This document shows positions 11,008-22,192 of a DNA stretch of 64,000 nt, in pieces (the first letter of the stretch is position 1; the number at the start of each line of letters is the position of its first letter). A program made the position numbers and the translations under genes. The notes below the pieces were generated by a model. It saw only the letters and a list, made by a program, of their open reading frames with translations, was not told the origin of the DNA and ran no database searches. Source of the stretch: Oligoflexia bacterium (GTDB lineage: Bacteria > Bdellovibrionota > UBA1018); assembly GCA_023701205.1 (NCBI GenBank), contig JAMPXJ010000007.1:261-64260 (forward strand). The letters are read 5' to 3'.

Positions 11008-12018
11008 TCAGGACTGCTCGCAGCGCGCGAGATCCCCGCCCAGGGAAATTCCTCCGGAAAGCCGGGAGTTCTCGAGAGCGCCGTAGACGACCGCGCGCGG
11101 GCCGAGCTCGCGGGGAGCTTGGGCCTTCGGATCCCCCCAGGGATTCCAGTAAGCAGGGCCTGCCCAAAGCCCGCTGCCGGCCAGGCGCGCCGAGCGCGAG
11201 ACCCAGCTTTGAGGGCCGATGCGCCGATTCGCGCTTTCGACCCGCGCGCGCCAGCGGGGAGAGATCCGGCCGGTCTCCAGTCCCGCGAGGAGCGCGAGGT
11301 GCGTCTGAAGCCAGAGCTGCGGGCTACCGACGTCATGCCAGCTTCCGCTCGCGAGATGCGCTCCCACGCGGCCCTCGCGGAGCGCGGGCTCGAGGATCGT
11401 GGGCACGAACTCGGAAGGTCCTGAGCCCGGGACGTTCCGCAGGGCTTTGGGCTCCAGCACGGCGGCGCCCACGAAGAAAGGCCGGCTTTCGACCGGTTCG
11501 CCCAGACCGGTCACGAGCTCGCGCTCGGGGTCGAAGCGGATTTCCCGGTACTTCGCGCCCTTCGGCCCCGATTGAAAAAGCGTCAGCGTGAGCAGCACGT
11601 CCCAGCGCCGCCGCAGGCGCTGGTGCTGCCGTCCGAGCGCCGCCAGATCGATATCGCAAAGAGTGTCGGCGTTCACGAGATAGAAGGGTTCCGGCCCGAG
11701 AAGCGGCAGCGCGCGCCCGATCCCGCCGGCGCTTCCGAGCAGCTCCCGCGACTCATCGCTTATTTCCAGGCGAACCCCACCCCGATCGAGCGCCTGCAGT
11801 CCCGCGCGGGCCCGCTCGGGATGGTGATGGATGTTGGCGACGACCGTCCGAACACCGGCCTCGCGCAAGGCATCCAGCGCGAACTGCGCCATCGGCACGC
11901 CCAGCAGCGGCAGGAGCGCCTTGGGTTCGCGATCCGTGAAAGGCCGGAGCCGGGTGCCGAGCCCCGCGGCCATGAGCATCGCGCGCGTGATCGTCGGGCT
12001 GTCCCCGGGGGCGTTCAT
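11008..12018 (-). CDS. MurU-like N-acetylmuramate-1-phosphate uridylyltransferase (nucleotidyltransferase) with a C-terminal extension
   Basis: N-terminus AMLMAAGLGTRLRPFTDREPKALLPLLGVPM is the sugar-nucleotidyltransferase G-x-G-T-R-L motif. The ORF is directly downstream of the amgK-like kinase. Confidence 0.6.
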   Translation of the reverse strand: MNAPGDSPTITRAMLMAAGLGTRLRPFTDREPKALLPLLGVPMAQFALDALREAGVRTVVANIHHHPERARAGLQALDRGGVRLEISDESRELLGSAGGIGRALPLLGPEPFYLVNADTLCDIDLAALGRQHQRLRRRWDVLLTLTLFQSGPKGAKYREIRFDPERELVTGLGEPVESRPFFVGAAVLEPKALRNVPGSGPSEFVPTILEPALREGRVGAHLASGSWHDVGSPQLWLQTHLALLAGLETGRISPRWRARVESANRRIGPQSWVSRSARLAGSGLWAGPAYWNPWGDPKAQAPRELGPRAVVYGALENSRLSGGISLGGDLARCEQS

Positions 12019-12028
12019 GCGCGGGGCT

Positions 12029-13111
12029 TCAGAAATAATAATAGTGGAACAGCACCTCGCGCAGCTCCGCGTACTTCGGGTACTTCAGCAGCGTCCGGCG
12101 CACGTTTTCGAAGGTGTTGCCGATGTACTTGAGGTAGGTCGCGTTGCCGCGGCGATTGAGGAAGGAGGCGAAGCTCCCGATCGCCTTGAAGTTGCGCTGA
12201 ACCGACATCATGTCGAAGGCGTACTGGAAGCGCGCCTGGTCGAGCCGCTCGCCGGTAAGCGCTTCCCACCGCACGACGTAATAGCTCAGCAGGCGCTGGA
12301 TCTGGGATTCCTCGAGCTGGTAGTAGGAGTCCTTGAGCAGCGATACGAGATCATACTGCGCAGGACCCATCCGGGCGTCCTGGAAGTCGATCATCACCAG
12401 GCGATCGCCCTGGCCCGGCTCTTCCGAGGGGGTCACCATGATGTTGCGGCAATGGAAGTCGCGGTGGGTGAGCACCGTCGGCTGCTCCGCCAGGAAGGAA
12501 CAGATCTCGCCGAAGCCCCGCTGCATCAGCTTGAGATCGGAATCTCTGAGCTGGCGCTTGAGATAGAGCTTGTAGAAGTGGTCGATCGTGAAGCCGATCT
12601 CCCACATGAGTTTTTCCTGGTCGAAGCGCAGCTTGAACGCTTCGAGCTGGGGCCGGGTCTTTTTCTTGGGCGAGGCGTTGATCTGAAGATGGATGAGCGA
12701 GTCGATGACCCGCTCGTAGAGATGACGCTCGACGTCGGCGCTCGAGACGTCCTGCAGGTGCCGCAGCAAGGTGACGTCGCCGAGATCCTCAAGCAGCACG
12801 AACCCCTTGGCCGGATCGACGTCCAGGACCTCGGGCACGTCGACACCGGAGGCGGCGAGGTGCTTCTGGACGACGAGGAAGGGGAGATTCTCGCCCTGCT
12901 CGGAGAAAGGCTCCATCCGCATCAGGACATAGGAGCGGCGGCCCGCATCGATCCGGTAATACCGGCGCGTGCTCGCATCCCCGGGAAGCCGGTTTACCGA
13001 TCGGATGGTTTTCGATTTCCTGACCCAGCGGGTGACCTCTTCGTCACCCAGAACGAGTTGATCCGCCATCCGTCTTATCTCCTCTTTGAGAAGCCTGCTG
13101 CTGCTGTCCAT
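12029..13111 (-). CDS. AmgK-like anomeric MurNAc/GlcNAc kinase (aminoglycoside-phosphotransferase fold)
   Basis: APH-fold motifs are present: HRDFHCRNIMV (catalytic loop) and MIDFQDARMG (DFG-like). The arrangement with the murU-like gene is as in the Pseudomonas amgK-murU recycling pathway. Confidence 0.6.
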   Translation of the reverse strand: MDSSSRLLKEEIRRMADQLVLGDEEVTRWVRKSKTIRSVNRLPGDASTRRYYRIDAGRRSYVLMRMEPFSEQGENLPFLVVQKHLAASGVDVPEVLDVDPAKGFVLLEDLGDVTLLRHLQDVSSADVERHLYERVIDSLIHLQINASPKKKTRPQLEAFKLRFDQEKLMWEIGFTIDHFYKLYLKRQLRDSDLKLMQRGFGEICSFLAEQPTVLTHRDFHCRNIMVTPSEEPGQGDRLVMIDFQDARMGPAQYDLVSLLKDSYYQLEESQIQRLLSYYVVRWEALTGERLDQARFQYAFDMMSVQRNFKAIGSFASFLNRRGNATYLKYIGNTFENVRRTLLKYPKYAELREVLFHYYYF

Positions 13112-13115
13112 TTTC

Positions 13116-13847
13116 CTAAAGCTTCCGCATTCTTTTCTGTAGAGCCAGGAATTTTTCCGACCGTACTATAGGATTGCGCAAAGGAGCCTGAAGCGCAATG
13201 ATCCGGCGCGTATTTTCGAGAAGTTTCGCCGCGATGCCCGGGGGATAAGGCGAGCGGGTCGGGACGTCGCGGTAGCGGATCATCAGGGTGGCCATCCCGC
13301 GCGGGTCGAAGCCCGCCGCGTAAAGCATGTCCAGCGCCGGGGAGAGTGCTGCGATGAGCTGCTCCTCGGAGTAAGCGAAAATCCCGCTTGGGCCCAGGAA
13401 ATCCGGGGCGGTGGCGCCTTCGCCCTCGGGGAGGCGGCTGACCGCGCTCCTCTTGAGGATGTGTCCGAGCTCCAGCGCCAGGATCGCGGCGAGCTCGTTC
13501 TCGAAACGCACGTCGCGCAGGATGGAGGTCGAAAGATAGATGCGGTTGCCCGGGAGCGCGTAGTGAGTCCAACGCGCGGCGGGACCCTTGGCGGCAAGCA
13601 GCGCGACTTTCGCCGGGGTCTGTCCCAGCTCCGGTACGCTTCGACCGAGACTGGCCGACAGCTGCTCGAGATAGTGCGTGAGCACGGGCTCGGTCTTGAA
13701 CTGCTGCTGCGCCTCGAACGCTCGGGCCAGGTCGAGTCCCACCGCGTTGTCGCGTTGCCGACGTTCCACCGGCGAGATCTCGGGGGTCGGGGGGGTGGCG
13801 CAGCCGAAGATCAGAAACGGAATAAGAATGGAAATAGTTTTTCGCAC
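13116..13847 (-). CDS. M48-like periplasmic lipoprotein with a degenerate HExxH (LELGH)
   Basis: Lipobox IFGC|A. AAILALELGHILK parallels the BepA/M48 segment AHEISH, but the first His is Leu. Confidence 0.45.
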   Translation of the reverse strand: MRKTISILIPFLIFGCATPPTPEISPVERRQRDNAVGLDLARAFEAQQQFKTEPVLTHYLEQLSASLGRSVPELGQTPAKVALLAAKGPAARWTHYALPGNRIYLSTSILRDVRFENELAAILALELGHILKRSAVSRLPEGEGATAPDFLGPSGIFAYSEEQLIAALSPALDMLYAAGFDPRGMATLMIRYRDVPTRSPYPPGIAAKLLENTRRIIALQAPLRNPIVRSEKFLALQKRMRKL

Positions 13848-13944
13848 GTTGGCATTCTACCACCCTCGGCTTGCATTTTCATACCCGTTCGATACTCTAG
13901 CGAGCGGCATTTCAATGTAGTCAAGAGCAAATAAGGAGAATTCC

Positions 13945-14520
13945 ATGAAACGTTTCCTTGCCGTCCTGGGCATGGCTGTTTTTTCGATCAATGCTTCCGC
14001 CGACACGCTGATCCTTCCGACGATCACTCCCGAGATGATTTCGGCGATGAACACCGTCGCCCCCATGAATCTCATCAACTGGAAGGTCGGGGATCAGGCC
14101 ACTTTCGACGTCTCGGCGGGCGCCTTCGGGAAGCTCGGCAAGATGGTGAAGGAAGTGACCCGCGAGGAAGGCAACGCGATCTGGATTCACCAGAACATCG
14201 ATCTCGGTTTCCAGAAGGATGTTTCCGATATCCTGATGAGCCGCGCCGACGGCAAAATCCTGAAATTCATCCACAACGGCAAGGAAGAGGCGATTCCCAA
14301 CGATAAGGTCGAGATCATCTCCCAGGATGCGACGGAGATCACAGTCCCGGCCGGCACGTTCCAGGTCATTCACGTCGTCGCGAAGACCCAGAAGATCTCC
14401 AAGATCGAGGTCTGGGCGAATCCCCGCGACACCGTCATGGAAGGGACCGTCAAGCAGTTCGTCGCTACGGGCCTGCTCGACCTCACGATGGAGCTGCTGA
14501 ACTTCAAGCGCGGACAGTGA
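13945..14520 (+). CDS. hypothetical secreted protein
   Basis: Signal peptide MKRFLAVLGMAVFSINASA. 191 aa, no recognisable domain. G+C looks somewhat lower than the flanks. Confidence 0.45.
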   Translation: MKRFLAVLGMAVFSINASADTLILPTITPEMISAMNTVAPMNLINWKVGDQATFDVSAGAFGKLGKMVKEVTREEGNAIWIHQNIDLGFQKDVSDILMSRADGKILKFIHNGKEEAIPNDKVEIISQDATEITVPAGTFQVIHVVAKTQKISKIEVWANPRDTVMEGTVKQFVATGLLDLTMELLNFKRGQ

Positions 14521-14534
14521 TTCTTCCGAATCAC
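14517..14534. terminator. short inverted repeat between convergent genes (possible bidirectional terminator)
   Basis: GTGATTC-TTCC-GAATCAC, a 7-bp stem that spans both stop codons. There is no downstream U-tract. Confidence 0.25.
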
Positions 14535-15436
14535 TGAGACGCTTGCGTCACAGGGGGCGCTTGGAACGAGGGTGCGTTCGCGGGAACCGAAGCCGGACCG
14601 CGAGCCTCCTCGGCCGGCGCCCCTGTCGTTTGCTGCGCGAGCGGCGGCGTTTGGCTCTCGGGGTTGGACTTCAGCCGCTCGAGCTCCTGCTGATCTTCGG
14701 GCGTCATCGTGTAATACAAGTAGAAGCCCGCGAAGATCATGTTCGGGTCGCGAATGAGCTCGCGGTTGTTTTCCCAGATCCGTTTCCACTTGGTCTTGGT
14801 GCCGTAGACGTCCTCGGAGATGCTCCCCAGGGTATCGCCACGCTTGATGAGATAGCGCTCGCCATTGCGGGAGATCTGCACGGGTGAATCGGGCTTTTCG
14901 AGCATGAGCACGGTGCCCGGGGGTACCGAGTTGGGATCCTGGATCTTGTCGCGGTTGGCGTCATAGATCTGGCGCCATTTGAAGAGATCGCCGTAGGTCT
15001 CGAAGGCGATCCGCATCAGCGTGTCCCCTTGCTGAACCGTATAGGGCTCGCCGCCACCGCTGGCGGGAGTGGGCGCTTCGGCGACCGGAGCGGGCTCGGC
15101 CGCCGGCGCTTCGGCGGGTACGGGAGCCGCTTCGGGCGCGGGCGGGGGAGTGTCGTTCGATGCGGTGGTCGTTCCTTCTTCCAAAGGAGGTGGCGCGTCG
15201 CCTTCCATCGGAGGCGGCGGGACTGAATCCGGCGGAGGCGCCGCATTCTCGGCCGAATCCATGGGAACCGGGTCGGTTCCGGCGTCAACGACGGGTTGGT
15301 CTCCCTGCGCATCGCCTTCCGAGGAAGTCTGCGAAGAAGAGCAGGCGGCCATCAAGAGCGCCACTCCGCCGATCAGGATAAAATGATGTCGCTTTGCCAT
15401 CTTTCTGCCTCCACCCAAATGTGAGGAATCAGGCAC
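14531..15436 (-). CDS. LysM-domain peptidoglycan-binding protein (two LysM repeats, Pro/Ala-rich linker)
   Basis: Two LysM repeats: YTVQQGDTLMRIAFETYGD...WRQIYDANRD and YLIKRGDTLGSISEDVYGT...WKRIWENNRE. The N-terminus has a signal/TM segment. Confidence 0.8.
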   Translation of the reverse strand: MPDSSHLGGGRKMAKRHHFILIGGVALLMAACSSSQTSSEGDAQGDQPVVDAGTDPVPMDSAENAAPPPDSVPPPPMEGDAPPPLEEGTTTASNDTPPPAPEAAPVPAEAPAAEPAPVAEAPTPASGGGEPYTVQQGDTLMRIAFETYGDLFKWRQIYDANRDKIQDPNSVPPGTVLMLEKPDSPVQISRNGERYLIKRGDTLGSISEDVYGTKTKWKRIWENNRELIRDPNMIFAGFYLYYTMTPEDQQELERLKSNPESQTPPLAQQTTGAPAEEARGPASVPANAPSFQAPPVTQASQ

Positions 15437-15619
15437 ACACTTGGCTTCAAGAGGCTTCTCGGCAGGATTTGCCTAAAACTTGACCTTTTTCACAGATCAT
15501 TATTGGAGGGGCGCCGGGCGGGGGAGGTCAGTGTCGACACGGAAAAAGCGAAGGCACCCGAGGCTCGTCCTCGACGAGGTCCTCAGGTGCCGTGGAAGAA
15601 GCTGCCAGCCTGTCCGCTA

Positions 15620-16471
15620 TCAGCGGGGAGGCATGCAGCGATTGTAAAGATCGTCGTAACGGGCGCGAAGCTCTTCGTTCTGGCGATTCACCTCGCCATA
15701 GGACAAGCAGAGGTTGCGCGCATTGGTCGAGAGACGGAGATCCTGGATCTTCTCGTTCTTCAGATCCGCGGAGTTGAGGATCTTCTGCTCGACCTCACGC
15801 AGGGTTTCCTGAAGCTCGGTTGCCGAAGGGGGCGTGTTCAGGATCTCCTGCCGTTCCATATCCGACTGCTCGATCACCGCTTTGATCCGGGAGATCTCAG
15901 CGGTCGCCACGGCCGTATTTTTCCGGCGCGTATTGACGTTGGCCTGCAACTCGCGGACGCGTGCGCGCAGCTGGCGAGCCCGCTGGGGCTGCCCGGCGGC
16001 ATCAGCCGCGTTGGCTTCGTCGTTTTTCTGGACGATCAGCTGCTCCTCCTGCGCGATCAGCTGTTCGCGGCGGAGATTGTCCGACTCGAGTTCGGCGATC
16101 TTGCGGGCGCGCTCCCGGTTCTTCTGCTCGAGCTCCGCCGGGCGATTGATCTCGCGATTGAGATCACGGGCCAGGCGATCGCGCTCGGCGTTCATAGGAG
16201 CGAGGATCAGCCGGTCGAACTGATCGATCTCCCGCTGCTGGCGCTCGGCGATCATCGCGTAGCTATCGCAGCCGATGCCCGGATCCGGCTGGCTTTGGTA
16301 GCCTATCGAGACCTGGCCGGAATAACTCGCTTGGCCGTAGCCGCGGGTTTCATAGCGGCTGTCATAAGCGAGCGCCGCCACCCCGTTGAGGGCGACGACC
16401 GCGGCTACCCAGAGAGTCGGGCGGGCCAGGAAAAAGTTGGGTTTCACTTTCACATTCAAAATTTTCAACAT
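15620..16471 (-). CDS. secreted coiled-coil protein, hypothetical
   Basis: Signal/TM at the N-terminus, followed by long heptad-rich Q/E/R-rich sequence. Confidence 0.45.
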   Translation of the reverse strand: MLKILNVKVKPNFFLARPTLWVAAVVALNGVAALAYDSRYETRGYGQASYSGQVSIGYQSQPDPGIGCDSYAMIAERQQREIDQFDRLILAPMNAERDRLARDLNREINRPAELEQKNRERARKIAELESDNLRREQLIAQEEQLIVQKNDEANAADAAGQPQRARQLRARVRELQANVNTRRKNTAVATAEISRIKAVIEQSDMERQEILNTPPSATELQETLREVEQKILNSADLKNEKIQDLRLSTNARNLCLSYGEVNRQNEELRARYDDLYNRCMPPR

Positions 16472-16626
16472 ATCTGCCTCCGGGGCGGCAATCTAATGTT
16501 TATGACTAAATAAGTCAACTACTATTTAGACCTTGATAATGCTTGGGAATTTTAAATGTCCAAGATAGACGGGGCGGGTTGATTTACTTCAATGTCTCGT
16601 GATCTATATTCGCGAAAAACATTTAA

Positions 16627-18039
<1,413 letters not shown>

Positions 18040-18086
18040 GGGGAGCGAGCTAGAACTTGGGGGGCAGTTGCGCTACAGTGCCTTCC

Positions 18087-19451
18087 ATGGAAAAAAAGCA
18101 TCGCACGATCATCGAGCCCTTCAAGATCAAGGTCGTTGAGCCTCTTCCCCTGCCTTCGCGCGAGGAGCGCGAGGAGTACCTGCGGAAGGCGGGCTACAAT
18201 CTCTTCCTGGTGCCGTCGCGGGAGGTGACCTTCGACTTCCTGACGGACTCGGGCACGACGGCGATGAGCGCCGAACAGTGGGGCGCGATGATGGTGGGTG
18301 ACGAAAGCTACGCGGGCTCGCGGAGCTTCGAGAAATTCGAGAAGGTCGTGCGCGAGCTGACCGGCTACTCCCACGTGATCCCGACCCATCAGGGGCGCGC
18401 GGCGGAGAAGCTGGTTTTCTCGCTGCTCGCGAAGCCCGGGATGAAGATCCCTTCCAATAACCACTTCGACACGACCCGCGCGAACATCGAGCAGCTCGGA
18501 GCCGAGGCGGTGGATCTGGTGATCGCCGAGGGAAAGGACCCCCAGAGCCGCCATCCCTTCAAAGGAAATATCGATCTCGCGCGCCTCGAGGCCTTTTGCC
18601 AGGAGAACCAAGGCAAGATCCCCTGCGGGATGCTCACGATCACCAACAATACCGGCGGCGGGCAGCCCGTTTCGCTCGAGAACATCCGGGGCGCGGCGGC
18701 GATCTACCGCAAGCATGGAATCCCGTTCATCCTCGATGTCTGTCGGTTCGCCGAGAACAGCTACTTCATCAAGATGCGCGAGCCCGGACAGCAGGAGCGC
18801 CCCGTGCGCGACATCGCGCGCGAGACCTTCGCGCTCGCCGATGGATGCATGATGAGCGCAAAGAAAGACGCGCTCGTGAACATCGGCGGCTTCATCGCGC
18901 TGAAGGATCCGGCCTGGGTGGACCGGCTGCGGAGTCTCCTGATCCTGACCGAGGGCTTCCCGACCTACGGGGGGCTCGCCGCGAGGGATCTCGAAGCCAT
19001 GGCCGTGGGACTGATCGACGTGCTCGAAGAAAGTTACCTGGAATACCGCCTGGCCGTGACCCGATACATGGCCGAGAAGCTCAACCGCCTGGGAATCCCC
19101 ACGGTGCAGCCGCCCGGAGGCCACGCGGTTTACATCGACGCGAAGTCGTTCCTGCCGCATATCCCGCCGGCGCAGTTTCCCGGCCAGGCGCTCGTGGTGG
19201 AGCTTTTCCGTTCCGAGGGCATCCGTTCCTGCGAGATCGGCTCCGTGATGTTCGGAAAAGCGGCGACGATGGAGCTCGTGCGCTGGGCTTTTCCGCGGCG
19301 GGTGTATACGCAGAGCCATTTCGACTATATTTTGGAAGGAATGGAAGACCTGGTCGCGAACAAGGACCGCCTGCGCGGGATGCGCATGACCTATGAGCCG
19401 CCGTTTTTGCGCCATTTCACGGCGCGGTTTGAGCCGCTCTTGGATGGATAG
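18087..19451 (+). CDS. tnaA: tryptophanase-like beta-eliminating lyase (second paralogue)
   Basis: Same fold, but the signature regions are closer to TnaA: RFAENSYFIKMRE, MMSAKKDALVNIGG and EGFPTYGGLAARDLEAMAVGL. The start was moved to MEKKHRTIIEPF. Confidence 0.75.
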   Translation: MEKKHRTIIEPFKIKVVEPLPLPSREEREEYLRKAGYNLFLVPSREVTFDFLTDSGTTAMSAEQWGAMMVGDESYAGSRSFEKFEKVVRELTGYSHVIPTHQGRAAEKLVFSLLAKPGMKIPSNNHFDTTRANIEQLGAEAVDLVIAEGKDPQSRHPFKGNIDLARLEAFCQENQGKIPCGMLTITNNTGGGQPVSLENIRGAAAIYRKHGIPFILDVCRFAENSYFIKMREPGQQERPVRDIARETFALADGCMMSAKKDALVNIGGFIALKDPAWVDRLRSLLILTEGFPTYGGLAARDLEAMAVGLIDVLEESYLEYRLAVTRYMAEKLNRLGIPTVQPPGGHAVYIDAKSFLPHIPPAQFPGQALVVELFRSEGIRSCEIGSVMFGKAATMELVRWAFPRRVYTQSHFDYILEGMEDLVANKDRLRGMRMTYEPPFLRHFTARFEPLLDG

Positions 19452-19612
19452 AAGATGAGAGGCGATTCGATCATTAAACCGCAGGTGTCAAAGTTCTCTA
19501 CACCTCTCCAAAATTGGTTTTGATGTAATCTGCCGGAACATTTAGCTTAATTTTTTCAAATGGCTGGTGCGCCTCGTGCAAATCCATTCCTCAGGAAATG
19601 AGGAAAGGAATC

Positions 19613-20560
19613 ATGAGTCGTTTTAATATTCCAATCGTGACCACCGTCCTTGGAGCTATTTGGGCCGTGAATGCCACTGCAGTAACCCTTCCTGACACTG
19701 CGGCTCCTGGATCATCGGCCTGCGAAAACGCTCGGCACGCCGGGTTGCTGTTAATCAAGACTACGGATGAGGCGGTTCGATCGGAGATCGAGTCCCTTCG
19801 TGCAAAACTGAACTCTCCAGAGCTCGACGCGGTTCGCTCGGTCCTGCCGAAGATGAGAGAAGCAGTCATAGAGTTTAAAAAAGCGGAGATCGCGACAGAT
19901 TTTACTCATTACGGGTTGAACATTAAACAGGCTGCCAAAGCCGCCGAGATCTTCTGGAAGTCACCTTGGAACACCTCTCAGTATAGCCATTATGAAACCG
20001 AGGTCGGGCGGCGTGTAATTAGCGAGCTTTTCCACGATGATTTGACTTCCGAGGACATGAAGCGGATCAAAGAAAAGTTTGATTGGGGCACCTGGCGCGA
20101 TGCCAAATCAATCCAGAGCGACCGCTGGGAAAAGGTGATTGCCATCGATCGTGAGCTCCGTTCAAAATATCACCTGCTTAAAGAGTCGGAAAAATGGCGG
20201 CAACAATACAGACGGCTCCAGGATAAAGGTTTTTCGCTCTCCCTGAATGTCGCGGACTATTTACCGGGGCCTCACCCCATTTATCAGGATGTCGTGATCG
20301 GGCTTGAGTCCGAGGATGGTCCTTCGTCAACTCACCACTATTCCATTTCAAATCCTTCCGAGGTCGTACCTCCGAATTCGAGCCCAGAAGAGCGTGCAAT
20401 GGAGGCGATATCGGCTGAGTGTCGTCAAGCCTTGAGCCAAGGCCTTCCTCAAGTTACCGCAGTGTCCAATGCCACGGCGAAGGCGCAGATGCCACGTGCG
20501 GTGGCAAATGGCGAATTCGGGGTCTCGAAGAGCGAATCCACTGCTACTGCGGGAAAGTAA
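19613..20560 (+). CDS. hypothetical secreted protein in a locally low-G+C segment
   Basis: An AGGAAAGG RBS precedes ATG(MSRFNIP...), and the N-terminus is a signal peptide. No recognisable domain. The sequence from about 19450 to 20560 is visibly AT-richer than the flanks. Confidence 0.45.
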   Translation: MSRFNIPIVTTVLGAIWAVNATAVTLPDTAAPGSSACENARHAGLLLIKTTDEAVRSEIESLRAKLNSPELDAVRSVLPKMREAVIEFKKAEIATDFTHYGLNIKQAAKAAEIFWKSPWNTSQYSHYETEVGRRVISELFHDDLTSEDMKRIKEKFDWGTWRDAKSIQSDRWEKVIAIDRELRSKYHLLKESEKWRQQYRRLQDKGFSLSLNVADYLPGPHPIYQDVVIGLESEDGPSSTHHYSISNPSEVVPPNSSPEERAMEAISAECRQALSQGLPQVTAVSNATAKAQMPRAVANGEFGVSKSESTATAGK

Positions 20561-20580
20561 TCACTTCCTGCTGACTCAAG

Positions 20581-22113
20581 CTACCGGGCTATCAGGCTGC
20601 TCAGCCGCGCGCCCACGCGATCCGCGGCCGCGCGCGCCTGCGTGGCATTCGCGCGCGTGGTTCGCGCCAGCACGACGAAAGGGACGAGTCCCGAGACTGT
20701 GCCGTCAGCCTCGATGCGCGGAGCATACCCCGCGAGATTGTACGACCCGCTCAACGTTCCGGTCTTGGCGCGCAGCCGGCCTTGCGCGGGAGTTCCGCGC
20801 ATGCGGTTGGCGAGGGTCCCGTCCACGCCCGCGATCGGGAGGGAGTCCCAAAGCGCGGGGAAGCCGGGACTCAGGGCCAGGCCTTCGAGCAGGAGCAGGA
20901 GGGCGCGCGGCGTGACGCGGCTTTCGTGCGAGAGGCCCGAACCGTCGCGAAGCAGGAGCTCGTCCGCGGGGATGCCGAACCCGGCTGCGAAGCTCTCGAG
21001 CGCTTCGCGCCCGGCCACGAGTAGGTCAGGTTCGGCGACGGTGGCGCGCTCGCCGACCGCCTTGAGGAACGCATCGCCCATCATGTTCAAGCTCAGCTTC
21101 ATGAAGGGTTTGAGAAGCTCCGAGAGCTGCGCTGAATGAAATATCAACGGGTCGGCCTCAGGTTGGGCCAGGCTCCGTCTCGCGGTGATACTGGGAAGCA
21201 CCGCGATGCCCGCTTCGGTGAGCGCCCTGGTGAACAAGTTCTTTTGCCAGGTGACGACATCCGAAACCGGGAGATAAAGAGTGGCAGGAGCGGAGCCGCG
21301 CGCCCAGGTGCCGCGGATGACGAGTCCCGCTTCGTTCTGGGCTACGTCAAGCGCGGTGATGGAGCCTTTGCGAAGCTCGAGCGAGACGCGGGTCGGGACG
21401 CCGTACTCCACCCAGGCGCCCAGATTTTGGCCGCGCACCACGAACGTCGCGCAGTTGATCTGGTTGTTGAAGGCTTGCGCGAGCGCTCCGTAGCAGCGGG
21501 CGCGATCACCCAAGGTCCAACCTTCGGGATAGCGCAGCGTCTTCCAGCGATGGTCGCCGGCCACCAGCTCGATCGGCCCGTGGATGGCGCGCACGCCGCG
21601 CTCCTTCAGCTGGCGGGCGAAGGTCTCGAGGCGCGAAGACACGGTTTCGCCGAACTCCTCCATTCCCCAGCTTGGATCCCCCGAGCCGATGAGCCGCACA
21701 CCCGTGATCGCGCCCGGGGAGGTATCGGGGAGCCACTGCCATTCCAGCCGGGTTTCGAAGCGGAACTCGGGCCCGAGCCGATCCAGCGCCGCGCCGGCGG
21801 TGAATAGCTTGGAGTTCGAGGCCGGCTTGAAGGAAACATCGGAATTGCGCGTGTAGGGCTCGGGTCCCTCGAGTGCCACGCCAAAAAAAACGTCTCGGGT
21901 TCCGGGCCGGTCCAGCGCCTCGTCCCAGGTGCGGTCCGTGCGGATTCCCCCGAAATGCCGGTAAAGGTCGAGCTCAAGCGTTTCTGTCGAGGCCGGAATC
22001 GAATCGTTGGAGCCGGCGGAAAGATCCAACGCGGCTTGTGCGGCGGAGGGGGTAAGCAGGAAGAGTGGTCCTGCCGCGAATGCCGCGGCCAGAGCGCGTC
22101 CAAAGGTGTTCAC
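20581..22113 (-). CDS. dacB: D-alanyl-D-alanine carboxypeptidase/endopeptidase, PBP4 (S13) family
   Basis: Active-site motifs SNSKLFTAGAAL (SxxK), GSGDPS and KTGTLSGSYNLAGY (KTG). The start was set to GTG(VNTFGRALAAAF...), which gives a proper signal peptide; the 569-aa ORF has an implausible 59-aa leader. Confidence 0.75.
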   Translation of the reverse strand: MNTFGRALAAAFAAGPLFLLTPSAAQAALDLSAGSNDSIPASTETLELDLYRHFGGIRTDRTWDEALDRPGTRDVFFGVALEGPEPYTRNSDVSFKPASNSKLFTAGAALDRLGPEFRFETRLEWQWLPDTSPGAITGVRLIGSGDPSWGMEEFGETVSSRLETFARQLKERGVRAIHGPIELVAGDHRWKTLRYPEGWTLGDRARCYGALAQAFNNQINCATFVVRGQNLGAWVEYGVPTRVSLELRKGSITALDVAQNEAGLVIRGTWARGSAPATLYLPVSDVVTWQKNLFTRALTEAGIAVLPSITARRSLAQPEADPLIFHSAQLSELLKPFMKLSLNMMGDAFLKAVGERATVAEPDLLVAGREALESFAAGFGIPADELLLRDGSGLSHESRVTPRALLLLLEGLALSPGFPALWDSLPIAGVDGTLANRMRGTPAQGRLRAKTGTLSGSYNLAGYAPRIEADGTVSGLVPFVVLARTTRANATQARAAADRVGARLSSLIAR

Positions 22114-22192
22114 CCGATATCTATAAACGAGCGGCACCCTGCGGTCAAAGCCGCAGTTGACTCCGCTCAGTCGGGGCTGTAACGCCTTGACT

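Noticed and set aside
14700-15400. Repetitive Pro/Ala/Glu-rich DNA that might look like a repeat element or array
   Set aside because: It is the low-complexity linker of the LysM protein, a coding sequence. It has no regular direct-repeat and spacer periodicity, so it is not a CRISPR array.
16496-16583. Mini-ORFs in the lyase leader interpreted as a TnaC equivalent
   Set aside because: Neither peptide contains Trp or resembles TnaC, so the region is only flagged as a possible leader.
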